Below are positions 26,580 through 39,891 of a stretch of DNA of 62,000 bases, piece after piece. How positions within the stretch are numbered: the first letter of the stretch is position 1; every line of letters begins with the position of its first letter. The stretch is from Wallemia ichthyophaga EXF-994 (lineage: Eukaryota; Fungi; Basidiomycota): contig NW_008806284.1 in NCBI RefSeq assembly GCF_000400465.1, positions 60,001 to 122,000 of the forward strand. Direction: 5' to 3'. Both the position numbers and the translations under genes were made by a program. The notes under the pieces are model-generated. The model was not told where the DNA came from. It searched no databases and saw only the letters and a program-made list of their open reading frames with translations.

Positions 26580-27512
26580 ATGCACCACCTCCCAGATTTA
26601 GCTCAATTTAAGAAATTACTTGATAAATTTGATACTTTCTTATTCGATTGCGATGGTGTCCTTTGGAGGGTTGGTAGTGTGCTCTAGGTCTACGTCACTC
26701 ACTCTACAACTCAGGGGAATGAACTTATCCCAGGAAGTAAAGAATTCGTTGATAAGATTAGAAAAGCCGGAAAGGATGTCATCTTTGTTACAAATAACGC
26801 TTCAAACAGTCGTAATCAATATAAGCAAAAATTTGATCAACTTGGTTTTAAAGTTGATGTTGATGAGATATTTAGCAGTGCATACGCATCTGCTGTCTAT
26901 CTCAAATACAATCTAAAGTTCCCTTCCGATAAGAAGGTTTTCGTCGTTGGTATGTCTGGATTAGAGGAGGAATTAGATAGCGAAGGTATAAAGCGTATTG
27001 GTGGCACTGATCCAGCCTACAATAAACTCGCGCCTCATGTCAACTTTAAAGAGATTAAACAGAACCTCGATAAGGATGTTGGTGCTGTTATCGCTGGTTT
27101 TGATATCATGCTCAACTATACAAAGTTATCTTACGCGCACTCATACCTCACCAGCCCAGAGCATGATGTTAAGTTTATCTTCACTAATGATGATTCCACG
27201 TTCCCTCAAGCGTGTGGAGTGTTCCCTGGTAGCGGTGCAATGAGCTCACCTTTGGCAGTGTCTTCTAAGCGCACTCCAATCGTCGTTGGTAAACCTAATG
27301 CACCAATGCTTGAGTGTATTCTCAAGAAGAAGCAACTTAAACCAGAGCGAACACTGATGATTGGTGATAGATTGAATACTGATATTGCTTTTGGGCAGCA
27401 TGGTAACGTCAAGACAATGTTAGTACTCTCTGGGGTTTGCAAGAAAGAAGATATAATTGGTGAGGGTATATACCCAGATTACATAGCACATTCACTTGGA
27501 CATATACATTAA
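26580..27512 (+). CDS. PHO13: HAD IIA 4-nitrophenyl/phosphoglycolate phosphatase
   Basis: FLFDCDGVLW, FVTNN, VVGKP and MIGDRLNTDIAFG. Confidence 0.9.
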
Positions 27513-27729
27513 TTGTTGTGTTAAAATACATAAACACCTGAATGAAATTAGAATTGATATATCACCAGTAAAAGACCCCTCTTGAAAGATAACGCAGTTT
27601 TTGTAGTGATCATATTACGCATGCGGCTCTTATTCAAAGCTGGGCAGCTTCACACGTGTTGTTGTAAATTTTCAATCACCGGGGTCTTGTTGAGGATGGC
27701 TTACCTGTTGGCGTTGTAGGCGCTGAGGT

Positions 27730-28984
27730 ATGTCTATCTGGTTGGAATACCTCAACGCCTTGTCTTTGCATTTGTCTGATTCATTCCTCAACGTAAGTAA
27801 ATCACCCGCAGACGTCCAGACATCCGAAGAAATTCCTCAAATTAAAAATCTCAGTGTGACAAAAAAACTGAAATACGTAGCGCTGACGTTGGACACTACG
27901 CTTATGATAAAAAAGAGACAAGAAGAGGATACTAGTAGCACTAGTGGGAGTACTAGTGGGAGTACTAGTGGGAGCAGCAGCAGCACTAGCAGTAGCAGCA
28001 GTTCAACCACATCATCATCGTCTTCGTCGAGCAGCTCTTCGAGTGCTTCGCCAACAAGCAACACTCCTAGCAGCTCTAGCAGGTACGTGTGGATACCCCG
28101 TACACTTAGTTCCTGATTGACATCACTAGTGATTCCAATAGCCCAACCCGCACATCCAATGATAGCAGCAGCAGCAGCAGCAGTATTGATAGTAGTAGCA
28201 GCCAGAGCAACACCACCACCAATTCAGATAGTACTGCATCATCCACTCCAAATCCCACCACCTCAATTGTTACAGTAACGCTCTCAAACGGTGGGCAAAT
28301 ATTTATTATGAGATAACAAGTTATAACACAAGCAGGTTCATCAACAACATCCGCAACCACCATCGGTGGTACCACTGGCTCTGCTTCCGACAGCGGCCAG
28401 GATATTGGTGCGATTGTTGGCGGTGTGAGTGGATTTCTCATTGAAACATCGAAATCCTACTAAACTGCTTTTAGAGCGTCGGTGGTGGTATAGGTGCCAT
28501 CCTTATCCTCGTAGCTGCCATCTTCTTCTTTCGTCGCCGTGTCGCCAAGAAGAAGCACGACGAGTATGACGGTGATATCTTTGATCCTCAGCGCTTCAGG
28601 CCGGATAATGAGGACGAATTTGGTATTGATGGTGCTCCAACGCCCTACACGCAGCAGCCAGCGAGTGTGACTGCGGGGAGTGGTAGTGGGAGTGGGAATG
28701 TACCGGGGAATGTACCGGGAATGACAGGCATTGGTGCAGCCGCGGGAGGTGCGGCATCGATACCAAACTCATCAACCCATCAACCCTCCAACCCCTCCTC
28801 AAATGCTGCTGCTGCTGCTGGTATCAAAACTCGCCCACTTCCCACCTCTAAACCAAGCCAGGTCAACGTACACACAGACGCTGGTCGATACAACGTCAAC
28901 AACGGCGATGACAATCCAGCTAATCTCCACTCAGATATACCCCCGACTTACGACTCTATTCACGTATATCCAGATAACGCTTGA
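27730..28984 (+). CDS. Ser/Thr-rich single-pass membrane glycoprotein (Mid2/Wsc-like); 5' end uncertain
   Basis: Long Ser/Thr tract, GAIVGG|SVGGGIGAILILVAAIFFF transmembrane segment followed by RRR, and C-terminal PPTY. Several short introns. Confidence 0.7.
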
Positions 28985-29200
28985 TGACCATGTGAATATT
29001 TATTTATTATTTAACATTTCCTTGTATCGACCCATTTATGATTGTTTGTTTGCTTGTATGAATTAACTCAGTTGGCGAAGTAGTGTAATGGAATTAGCAC
29101 GTATTGTTCGGGTGAGGAGCGTCTGCATCAATATAGTCTGGGTTCAATTCCCAGCTTCGCCCCTAAATAATCATTTTTACGACAACCTCACCTCTCACAC

Positions 29201-30489
29201 ATGTACGTCAATGTACGCCGACTATCAAATGCCTACAAATTTCGCAACTCGCTTGGTGTGTGGTGGTGTTATTTAGGCGGCTGAGCTGAGTAATTAAACC
29301 CAAACAGGCACGGGCTCTTTCGCAGTCGAGCCACCTAAAGCGGTAGGTATGGCCATGAGCAGAGGTCAGCGGCTATATCAAGAGGACAGCGTGTCTGCCA
29401 AAGTGCTCAACCTGCCCATCACTCCCCACACACTTGACTCTCAATGCGCCTACTTCGGCATATTCGACGGACACGGTGGTGATTACGTTTCCCGCTATCT
29501 CCGCGATAGTCTGCCAGGAGTCATTGAAAGAATAACCACGCGTGACTGGAACCTTATCGACTATTTCAGAGTCTACGGTAGGCGTTGGCGTTGGCGGTTA
29601 ACGTGGTCTATCACTCACAACGTCACGACGTCATCCAGGCAACTATTTCCCTCAAGAGGAATTGGACGCAGAGAGTGCTACGAGAGATTCTCACTCTCAT
29701 CTTAGTCTCCACGATAGACTCAAACTGGCTTTTTTGAAGGTGGGCATGGTGTTGCGATCCAAGACACCGCTCACACACTCCTCACAGGCAGACAAGAGGA
29801 CAATCACCGATGCGCAGAACCGCGGCTACCTGTGCGGATCGACTGCCTCAGTTTTGTTGCTGCACAGTCTCGATGATCCACCCTCGCCGTACGCATTCAG
29901 TCGTCGTCTGCAGCTCACAACGGCGCACTGCGGCGACACGTGCGTGGTGCTCGTGAAAGCGCACGCTGGCAAAGCCCACCGCCTCACGCTCGACGACCAT
30001 GCCGACAACGTCGGTGAGATGGAGCGATTGAAATCCTTCCACGGCGCACTCGTGCAGGACTCTTACGGCGAATCCCTTTTTCTTGGCCAGCTCGCCAACA
30101 CGCGCAGTATCGGCGATGCCAAATATAAAAGCTGGGGCGTCACGCCCGAGCCCCATACCCAGAGTGTGGAGGTAGATGGAGATGCTTATAGCATGGCTAT
30201 CCTTCTCAGTGATGGTGTCACTGGCGTCGTTGGTGTGCAGGAGGCGGCTGATGTCGCTTCGAGCAAGTTTGGCCAGTCTTTGCAGTTCGGTAGAGCCGCT
30301 CAGGCAGCCGCGCAGGCTGTCGTCGATTTCGCTATCGATGTTGGCGCTGATGATAACTGCTCCGCTGTCGTTGTTCCGCTTCCAGGTTTCGCTAATGCTG
30401 GTAAAGGTAGAGATAGGACCCGCGATTTGCGCGATTATCGATTGCAGGTTGCCAACGACCCTAGCAACGTCAGACAGAAGAGGCAGTGA
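29201..30489 (+). CDS. PP2C-family phosphatase, probably mitochondrial (Ptc6-like)
   Basis: RLYQED, YFGIFDGHGG, GSTAS, AHCGD, LANTRSIGD, LLSDG, DDNC. Basic presequence-like start MYVNVRRLSN. Confidence 0.85.
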
Positions 30490-30621
30490 TGGGGTGGGGT
30501 GGTGGTGGGTCTGAGCCTGCTGCTATGAGCAATGCTATGCCTTCCACGCTAATATAACGACGATGTAATTATTCTATGTATTCTATCCATTATACCACCT
30601 CCTTCCTTTCCAACTACACGC

Positions 30622-33200
30622 TCATCCACCCCGACTGTCGCGCCACGTCTCGTATGCTGTGAGCATCTCTTGCGTGATGCGCCGACGCACGTTCCAGCAA
30701 GCCTGCACAAAGTGCTCCTTGCGTACATAAGCAGCGTGGAGATCCTGCTGCATTGCGCGCATCGCTGCATCTTGACAGACGCTGACTATCTCAGCACCAC
30801 TGCATCCCTGTGTCTGTATGGGGTGTTAGAATACCCCACTCAACGAGACAACCACCAACCATAACAGCCAACTCGTCAACATTCACACCCTCTTCCACTG
30901 CCATCTTGCTCAGTCGTATACTGAACAGCTCCCTGCGCGCTTCCAGCTCAGGTGGGCCGACGTAGCTGTGATTGTTTTTGTTAGTCTTTTGCTCGCAGAG
31001 GAGGGAGGAGAAAGGTGAGTGGATGCTACTCACATAATACGGTCAAGCCTTCCTGGACGCATGAGGGCGGAATCCTGTCGAGCAAATGAGTGAGTGAGCA
31101 AGTAAACAAACAAGTTGTTTATGCGTGCGCAATGCAATCACTCCGTCAGACTTACGATGACTTGTGGTTTATTCGTAGCAGCTAGAACAGTGACACCATT
31201 GAGTTCCTCTATGCCGTCCATCTGGTCATTGCGCGCGTCAGTCGGGTGTCTAAAGCTGACTACAATGTGCTATAAACCCACCTCATTGAGCATGCTTGCT
31301 ACCATGCCCGACGTTGTAGATGTGTTGTCATCACGCGCAGCTGCAATGCTGTCCATTTCATCCTGTCAGTGAGTGGTTGAGATGTGTAAGAGGTGAGAGA
31401 ATGGAGTTAAAGTGACGCACAAAAAAGATTATTGACGGCGCGGCTGCGCGGGCTTTGGCAAAAATATCACGAATAGCTTTCTCAGACCCGCCAACGAATT
31501 TGTCAAGCAGCTGTGTAGTATTAGCCATACCGACAACACCTCCACACGCATGTCATACTCACCTCTGGTCCCTTAACAGCGAGAAAATTGATTCCGCTTT
31601 CCCCCGCGAGAGCCTTTGCAGCGAGAGTTTTACTACACCCCGGTGGACCGTAGAGCAGCACGCCTCTGGGCGGTGTGAGGCCGAGGCGAGAGAAAGTATT
31701 TGCGTGGCTGAGTGGCCACATGACACTCTGCGTCAGCTGCTTCTTGACCTCTTCCTGTCCTGCTATATCACCGAAGCGAATCTCGGGGATGGTGAGCTGC
31801 ACGGATCGCAGAGCGGACGGGCGGATATGAGGAAGGCTATCGAGGAGATCCGTGTGTGTGAGATACGCCGATTGCTTACCTAAGATAGCACGCTTGATTG
31901 CAGTAGTAGATGCAGCGCGCACGAGAGATGCGAGATCCGCTCCAACAAATCCATGCGTCTTGCTTGCGACCGAGCGCAGATGCGTGTCGGAGGTTTGTGT
32001 GGGCATGTGTGCGAGCAGGTTGTGCAGAATCTCTAATCGCTGCGTCGAGTCAGGGATTCCCACTTCTATCTCCCGGTCGAGTCTACCGGGTCTGCGCAGC
32101 GCATCGTCGAGCGCATTCGGCCTGTTGGTAGTGCCTATCAGGAACACCTTGGCGTGGGCGGCGTCATTGCTTTTATTCATCCCGTCTAGCTCTGTCAGGA
32201 GAGTCGCTACTACCCGCTTCTCCACCTCGCCCGTGCTGCCGTCGCCATCGCGCGATGGACACAGCGTGTCGAGCTCGTCTATCACTACTATCACGCCCGC
32301 CTCATCAAGCGAACGCGCGTGTTGAAATACACGCCGCAAATTGTCCTCTGTCTCGCCGTGGTACGCGGATGACAGCTCAGGCCCGTTGACTAGTAAAATC
32401 GGCAGCTGCAGAAGCGTCGCGGCAGATCGAGCGAGCAGCGTCTTACCGGTTCCTGGAGGGCCGTGGAGGAGGAGACCTTTGGGCGGAGAGATTGCAAATT
32501 GGTTGAAAAGGTCTGGGTGCTTGAGGGGGAGACCTATGAGGTCAGATATCTCGCCAATTTGGCGTGATAGACCGCCTATAACAGGAGGATCCGAGGAAGG
32601 ACGAATCAAAGTTGCTTGTGATGTAACCGCTTCACGTTTGTCGGATTGGGTGGACAAATTGATGGCGGTTGTCGGGGTGACTTGATAGACAGCGTGTGTG
32701 TCATCGAGGGAGAGGTGTTGGAGAGATAGAGAAGGGCTTATATCTTGTATGGTTAGGTGATTGAGCTTGGATTTGAAGTGGAGTGACACCACCAAACCGG
32801 ATTTAACGAATTGGAGCTGAGTAACGTAATCACGCACGAGAGCGCTGAGAAGACGCGTCTGTCTATCGTCGAGAGGGAGATTAGTGAGGATAGAGAGTGA
32901 ATCGATTTCGATGAAATTTAGATGGCTGAGATCGGGGGAGAAGGAGGCATCGACGGTGCCATCTACGCTGCCATTAACACTCCCGGACAACTGGTTAAAC
33001 AGAGGAAAATGAACACCAATTTGATCCGATTCGATAGATGTATTCCCGGGCCAAGCGGTACCTATCACGAAGCGATCACCGGCGGAAACTCGGACAAGTT
33101 GGGAGATGGATAGGCGAGAGTCGCGGAGAATACTATTGTGTAGATAGACACGCTTGAGGTGTTTGGTGGTTGGAGGAGTACCGAGGTTTACAAGGATCAT
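30622..33200 (-). CDS. AFG2: AAA+ ATPase Afg2/Drg1 (SPATA5)
   Basis: Two AAA modules (GPPGTGKT; [28 protein letters not shown]) and [17 protein letters not shown]. Multiple 3' introns. Confidence 0.88.
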
Positions 33201-33402
33201 GGGAGTGGGGGAGAGAGAGTATGGAAATACAGAAATAATAAATAAGGTATAAACATAATAATAGTTATACATATTTATCGATTATGTCACAATTGATTCA
33301 TTTCGTTCGTAGATATCGTCATCGGGTCACGTGAAACCTCGGCGGAACCATAAATTAAGCGATGTATTCCGACTCGACATTCCTTGTAGAAACACAATCA
33401 AA

Positions 33403-33858
33403 ATGAGCCACAATTTGGAAGTGAGTTGGATGTTTGCGGGTGGATACACGCTTACAGGGTTCATAGCACAACAACCACAACATTCTCGCTGAAGCTGACC
33501 AACTCGCAAAGGGAGTGGGTTCCAATGGGTTATGCAGCCACAGCCACCCACTAACACCCTTATAGCCACGCTTTGACAACAATTCACTCACTCAACTTGA
33601 ATCACTCGCTGTATGTTGTAATCAGTCACTCTTCTCACGCTAACAATCAAATTAGAACGAAAGAGCTAATTTAGTGCACATGCACAGGAAGCTTGATGAG
33701 AATACTGAAGAGGATGTCACTAGCGTGGGTTTCCTTGTTTTGCCCTTTCAATCCCACTCAAACTGATCAAACAGGTCCACCTCTACGGTCAACGCGCTCG
33801 TGGTTTATCAATTGGGCACGAATATATCCACCGTCAATCCATCTCAAATGATAACTAA
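33403..33858 (+). CDS. Predicted 87-aa orphan protein, 5 exons, all introns phase 0 (absent from ORF track)
   Basis: Exons 33403-33420, 33467-33514, 33566-33610, 33656-33724 and 33775-33858. Introns of 46/51/45/50 nt with GTGAGT/GTGGGT/GTATGT donors, CTAAC or CTGAT branch sites in introns 2-4, and YAG acceptors. Confidence 0.72.
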
Positions 33859-34008
33859 CTTTATGTAATCACCACTGTATATTTAACCCAGCGATGAATA
33901 TTTTCACCTTTTATAAGAAAATCTTCATTTAAAGTTGTCAAACATTGTTAAGGTTATCAAAATCTGTCAATATACGCACTACAATAATAACAGTTTATTT
34001 AACCTTGC

Positions 34009-34518
34009 TTAGAACTTTGCGAAAGCCTTAGCAGCAGCCTTGTTCTTGATGACACGGAGGACGTTGAATCTAACAGTCTTTGAGAGTGGACGGCATTGGC
34101 CAACGACGACCGAGTCACCTGCTTCAATACGGAATGCAGGTGATGCGTGCACTGGGAGGTTCTTGTGACGCTTCTCGTATCTGTTGTACTTTGGTACGTA
34201 GTGGAGGTATTCTCTTCTAATGACAATAGTACGTGTCATCTTGGTAGAGACAACCTTTCCAGTCAAGATACGTCCTCTGATTGAAACTTCACCGGTCCAT
34301 GGGCACTTCTTGTCGATGTAAGTTCCAGTGATAGCATCTTGAGGCGTCTTGAAGCCTAAGCCGACGTCCTTGTACCAACGACGGTCCTTGGTAACCTTCT
34401 TGTTACCGCGGGTCTTTGAGTTTTGGAAGATAGGTTGCTGTATCCCATGTCAGCTGCGTTTCCTCATCCCCTATTCCTCTCCTACCTTTGGGAAAGTCTT
34501 GAGATTTTGTGCCTCCAT
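34009..34518 (-). CDS. RPS11: 40S ribosomal protein uS17 (S11)
   Basis: [56 protein letters not shown]. First coding exon [11 protein letters not shown]. Confidence 0.96.
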
Positions 34519-34715
34519 CACGCCTATCAACTCTTTGCGACTTAGCGACTGCCTGAGAAGAAGAAACGATGGTCAGCACTCAGATTTTACGCTCACAATC
34601 AAAAATTCAATTCGACTTTATTTCTCAATATTTCTTTTTTCTCGTTGCTGCTCGTTACAATTATTCTTTTATTTCTTCTTCTTTCCTCTTTTATTCGCCT
34701 TGATTGCTTGCCTTT

Positions 34716-37227
34716 CTAATCATTCACCCAAACGCTATTCGAGCACGCAACTAAATGATTGAACGCATCATCTCGTCTAGCTACGTTTGTTAGTCTCATC
34801 ACCTTGATTTCTTCCCCTTCTTCCCAGCTCACTTCAAGTCCACTCGACACCTCCACACCCACTCTTAGACTGCTGTGCTTGCTAATCCCAACCAGCGCAT
34901 CCAGCCCTACCACCACATTCGGTCCCTTGAATGGTTTGAATGTTAGCTCACTTGAGCTGAGTACGAGTGTACCTGGTGAGCTCTTTAGTATCCCAAAGTG
35001 ACTCGATTTCAGCGGTAGATAGGCTAAGCGTGAAGGTTCCAATCCAATGCTGCGTTTTGTTGTCATCACAGAGCTATTATCTTCATCGTTTTCATTATCG
35101 TTGCCCGTCAGTAATCGTGTTGTGCGCTCCGAATCACCATCGTTGCGACTAGCCCAGACTTCTCTAGCTTGACGCACAAACACACCTTTGTCGCCATTCA
35201 CGACTTGGCTCAGCATGTCTGTACCACGCTCCGCTGCTTTTCCACCTTGCTTGAGGGACGATGCTAAACGAGACCATTTGCTGCCCTTCTTTGGACTCTT
35301 CACCTGAGCATCTGCGTTTGCATCTGCATCTACATCGCTATCACCATCCCCTGATGCAGCAGTATTGTTCTCTTTGTCGTCGCCTTTGTCACTTTCTTGG
35401 GTGATGCTCAGATCAGCTGTGCTCTTCTTCGCCTTCTCCTTCTCCTTCTCCGCCTTGTCTTTCTTACTGTTGCTCTTGGCGAATGGATCGACGAGAACAG
35501 GTAGAGGCTCATTTCTGCGTACTCGCTCACGCATCACGCTCAATGCATACTGTGCATCTGTTGGCACTTCGGGTATGTTCCACGCCATGCGTCTGTAGCG
35601 AGGGTAGTGAATCGTAATGGGTATACCGACGAGAACGAGCAATCCAAGTCCTGCCAATGCGCCTCTAACCAATGCTGCGTGTGATATAAACTGCAATCCA
35701 ACGATTGCGGGTAATAGAGCTCTCAAGACAAAGTTGCGACTAGCTTTTGGGTTTCTCCAGAGGTATAAACTGTGAGTGACATGTGAGTTTATCTTTCGTC
35801 ACATGCTTCAGATCAACTACACTCACTTTTTCATCTTTTCCACAAAATCGGCTAGGTCTCCAGTCACTAATTGAATTTCACGTCCGTGGGACTGCGTGAT
35901 AGCTTTGTAGGCTTCTTTCATATTTTTCTCGCGCTTGCCTGGAGCGTTTGTACCTTCTGCGCTCAGACCGTACTCTTCCTCGAGTTCGACTATCTCTCGC
36001 GCGCGCTCGTGTTCATCCTTTCGACTGGCCAGCTGGGAGGAGGAGGTTGGGGGAAAGATTCTCCTCGCCACGAGCGCAATCAGCGCACCGCCGAGCGCAA
36101 CATTCAGCAGCATATCGGACATGACGAGGATGAGGTACACAACCAACACTGCAAATGTCACAGCACGGTTCTTCCACATAACTACATCACCAAAGCATTT
36201 CATACCTTCCGCGACAGCGTTACCGGAGAGATTGACATACAGACGCTCGACATTCGACACAAGCTTGGCGTATCTGAACTTTTGGTGTGGGTTCTGATCC
36301 AGCTCGACCGGAAGGTATTGCTCAGCCTTGAAGAGAAACCAGGCTAGGCCGTAGGCGAGGTAGTCTACGCGTTGCTGTGGGTTTTTTTCATCTTCATTTT
36401 CGTCTGCGTCCGTGTCTTGGTTTTGGTCTTGGTCTTTCTCTTTCTCTTTCTGTGTGTCCTCCTTCTCACCCTGCACATCAACCAAGTTGGTGGTGCTGTG
36501 CGAGTAGACATCTGCGCTGGACCACGCACCCTCCTCGTGGTCAGCACCGTCGCGCGTCTCGTGGTTAATATCATCCACAAACCCGTCATTCGCTGCCTTG
36601 TCCTCGTACTGCTTCCTCTCAACTTCCACATCTGCTTCTTCCTTACGCTTTGCTGCTGCTAATGTCCTCTCCTTGAGCAGCTGTGCTTCAGTCTTGTACG
36701 CGTAGTCACTCAACTTGGGTGCGTCCGTGTACGATTTGTACGCCTCGCTCGAGCTGTATGCCGCTGAGACGGAGCTGATATGTCTGCCGAAGAAGGTGAG
36801 GTAGTTAGCGATAAAGTAGTCATCGATGTTTTTATCGGCTGTTTGCGTCATCGAGGGTGATGTTGTGGATGCCGTGGATGTCGCTGGTGCTGGTGCGTTG
36901 GACTGTCTAGCGGCGACATTTTGGTGGAGACGGGGAGCAGATTGCTTAGATGCTACGGAGTGCACGGACTTTCCACCGCTCTCAGCCTTGTCTTGTGATG
37001 ATGATGCCGTTTTCGATGGAGGCGCTACGTACGAGCCTGGGGCTTGGGTGGATGAGCTCATAGAAGCTTCATAATTGCTATCTCCGTCGTATTCCTGCTT
37101 TGAGAGCTGCAAAGCTGTTTGGAGCTGTGGATGGTGAGATTTGGAGATATGGGGAGCCAGCAAAGCATACATCGTCGTCTTGCTGTTGTAGAGAGTCTCT
37201 TGAGGGCAATGGAGGCTTATCTGACAT
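34716..37227 (-). CDS. Fungal membrane protein, DUF3292-like with a C-terminal PH/GRAM-like region
   Basis: Two long ORFs joined by introns. KLVSNVERLYVNL, hydrophobic segments and C-terminal RRDDAFNHLVA. The family call is from recall. Confidence 0.6.
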
Positions 37228-37410
37228 GGCAGTTTGTAAGAAACGAATGAAAGAGATGTGCAGATACAGCAGCGATACACGACCCACACAACTCGTTGTT
37301 ACCAAATAAATGATAAAAATGATATATTTTATTATTTATAGAAATCCTCCACAAAACACAAAAAAACCCTTTATCCCCGACAATCACTGCTTGTGCGTTC
37401 TTTGTATCGC

Positions 37411-39603
37411 ATGGAGGTGGAAAGTACGCAAAATAAAAATACAAGCGAATTTTACGCACAGAATGCACAGAAGAAGCCAAGTAGATCTTCGAAGGCTTGC
37501 TTGGAGTGCAGATCAATGAAATCTCGTTGTAACGGTGACGGTGTCCATTCATGCGAGCGGTGCACGAAACGAGGCGTGAATTGCGTCTATGAGCAGACAG
37601 TGAGGAGAAGAGGCAAAGATAAGAGGCCGAGGGTTGTAACAAAGCGTTTGAAATCCGAGTCATGTGATTTTGAACCAATGACCAACAAGCGTTTGAGGCA
37701 CACGCACAGCCATTCATCCGATAGCGTGGATGGCAACACGGCCGACAACGCCGACGTATCCCACAATGCCGATAACTCTTTCCAGCATTTGACTCACTCT
37801 CCTCAACCAATTAGCGGATCAATTGGCGCACCTCCACAACCTCCACCTCCCCCACGTTATAATCACAGTGCTGCACCTGAAGTTATCAATGGAACCTCCT
37901 TTATTCCATCGCAAACACAGATTTCACCTCACTCAGCTCATTCTCCTCTCTCTCCTCACTCTCCCATCCTAATTACTCCGAATATGAACTACCAACGAGA
38001 AAGCTTTTGGGATATCTTGATTACGGATAGGTGCACCACTCACAACCTCAAAGACAGAGCCAAGGCCACAAAACTCATTTCCAGCGACTTGTGGTTCACA
38101 TTTTCACGCTGTGATTTCATAACCACTCTCTTTAATATGCACAAGTTCTTCGATAACCTGAGCTGCTCAAGTAAACGATACAACGCCGAGCCTTCCCTCA
38201 TTCAAGCTCTTCTCGCTATCAGCCATACCTTACAAGGTCAATTCCAACTGGCTTACCTCATGGCTGACCGTGCACACTCCTCACTTCGCACTGCAATGAT
38301 GACTGGCAGGTTCACCGTAGGCATAGCTCAAAGTGCAATCGTGCGTTTACTTATCCCTTTGTCCCCTGTCTCACCTGTCTCATCTTCCCATTAGGTACTC
38401 CAATATTACGAATCATTCCCACTCGGAACTTTCAACATTAAGAGGGTCGCTGCACCCCTATATGCCGCAGACGCTGTCATAAAGAACCTTGCTCTCACCT
38501 GCTTGGACGCAGATAAAGTTTCTCATGTGTTCGATGATGACGCTATACCAATTAGTACCTCAGACCCTCAATTTTCGGGTCAAGATCTAAATTTAGCTCC
38601 AAGCAAGTCACATCATCACCCTTCTTGTCCCTGTGAGTCATGGTCCATACCCGCTCACATGACACGCAAAGAGGAATCTGTCCGCTTCAGGCACATACCC
38701 AAGTTCTCCATCGATGATACTCAAGTTCCTGACTCAGATATTCAACAAGAGGAAATCAGGAGGGTGGTCTGGGGTACTGCCAACAATGGTTGGTATTTAC
38801 AGATGCTCGATCCACATGCAGTTTCTACATTGCATACATCCCAAGCGTCCAACTATGGTGTATTTTATACTGCCGAATCTTTCATTCTCTCAATACCTGA
38901 CGATGGAATGAAGAGTTGGTCGAGGTACACGTTGTGGGCCTTTTTGGATAGATTAAAACTGTTATGCCATGCAGCTACAAGATTATCACGTAGCCTTCCT
39001 CCATTCGAGTTGCACATGCGAGCTAGCAAGATATGCAGTGAGGTTGAAAAGATTGAAAGTGATTTAAATGCACTACACAGTTGTCATAGAGGTGTTCACG
39101 GTTGGCATGTCAGCAATGTTGCATTCATTACTCGACTGATTCTCACTGCTAAAACTCGTCAGTTCACTAATGCTAATGTTACCAATTTGCAGAAAAATGC
39201 TTCTGTTCCATCTGCTTATTACACGCGCCAACGTGCTCGTGAATGGTTGGATGCACATTCGTTGATTTGGGATAATGTCATCAATAAGCATTCAATTAAG
39301 AGACAGCCAATGATCTTCGTTGCTTTGGTTTGCCAAGCTCTCCGCTGTCTAGATTTGTTAGCCCTCGACTCAGCTTTCACAAGGGCAATATATGTTGCAA
39401 GAAGTTTGCTCAAAGGGATTGATGAGATGATATCAATTTACCCCATCAAAGAGTCGGCAGACATTAATAGAATATTGCTCAAAGTTCACATGAATTGTGA
39501 TGAATTGGAGACCCGCACTAACGTAGCGCCATACCATACTGCAGATAACCACGCTGCGGAGCTCTTACTAGAAAATCTCAAGAAGATTAAGAGTGAACCG
39601 TAG
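37411..39603 (+). CDS. Zn(II)2Cys6 transcription factor
   Basis: ACLECRSMKSRCNG..SCERCTKRGVNCVY. The middle-homology-like region continues after an intron at ~38341-38394. Confidence 0.88.
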
Positions 39604-39891
39604 TGATTAGTTAGATATATAACCATCTCACAAAATCTCATTAATTCACGGGCTTTTCTTTTTCAAATTTACGAGACATGAACAAGACAAAAAGGAAAAA
39701 GAAAAAAAAAAAATCAAATTAGCTGCATTTGACACACACGGATTACGGAAGCAGTCAAGTTTCACTAATTCATTCTTCTAGACAAATTGATATCTTTGTA
39801 TGTACTGAATAAACAATATATTAGAATCTTTGATAGTGTGAAAGAAATTTTCCGCGATTGATGCTACAACTGAGTAGAGATGACTAGAGAA

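Noticed and set aside
28286-28335. Apparent in-frame TAA or 30-nt intron in the Mid2-like gene
   Set aside because: A normal 42-nt intron using the downstream ACACAAG acceptor removes the stop and keeps the frame.
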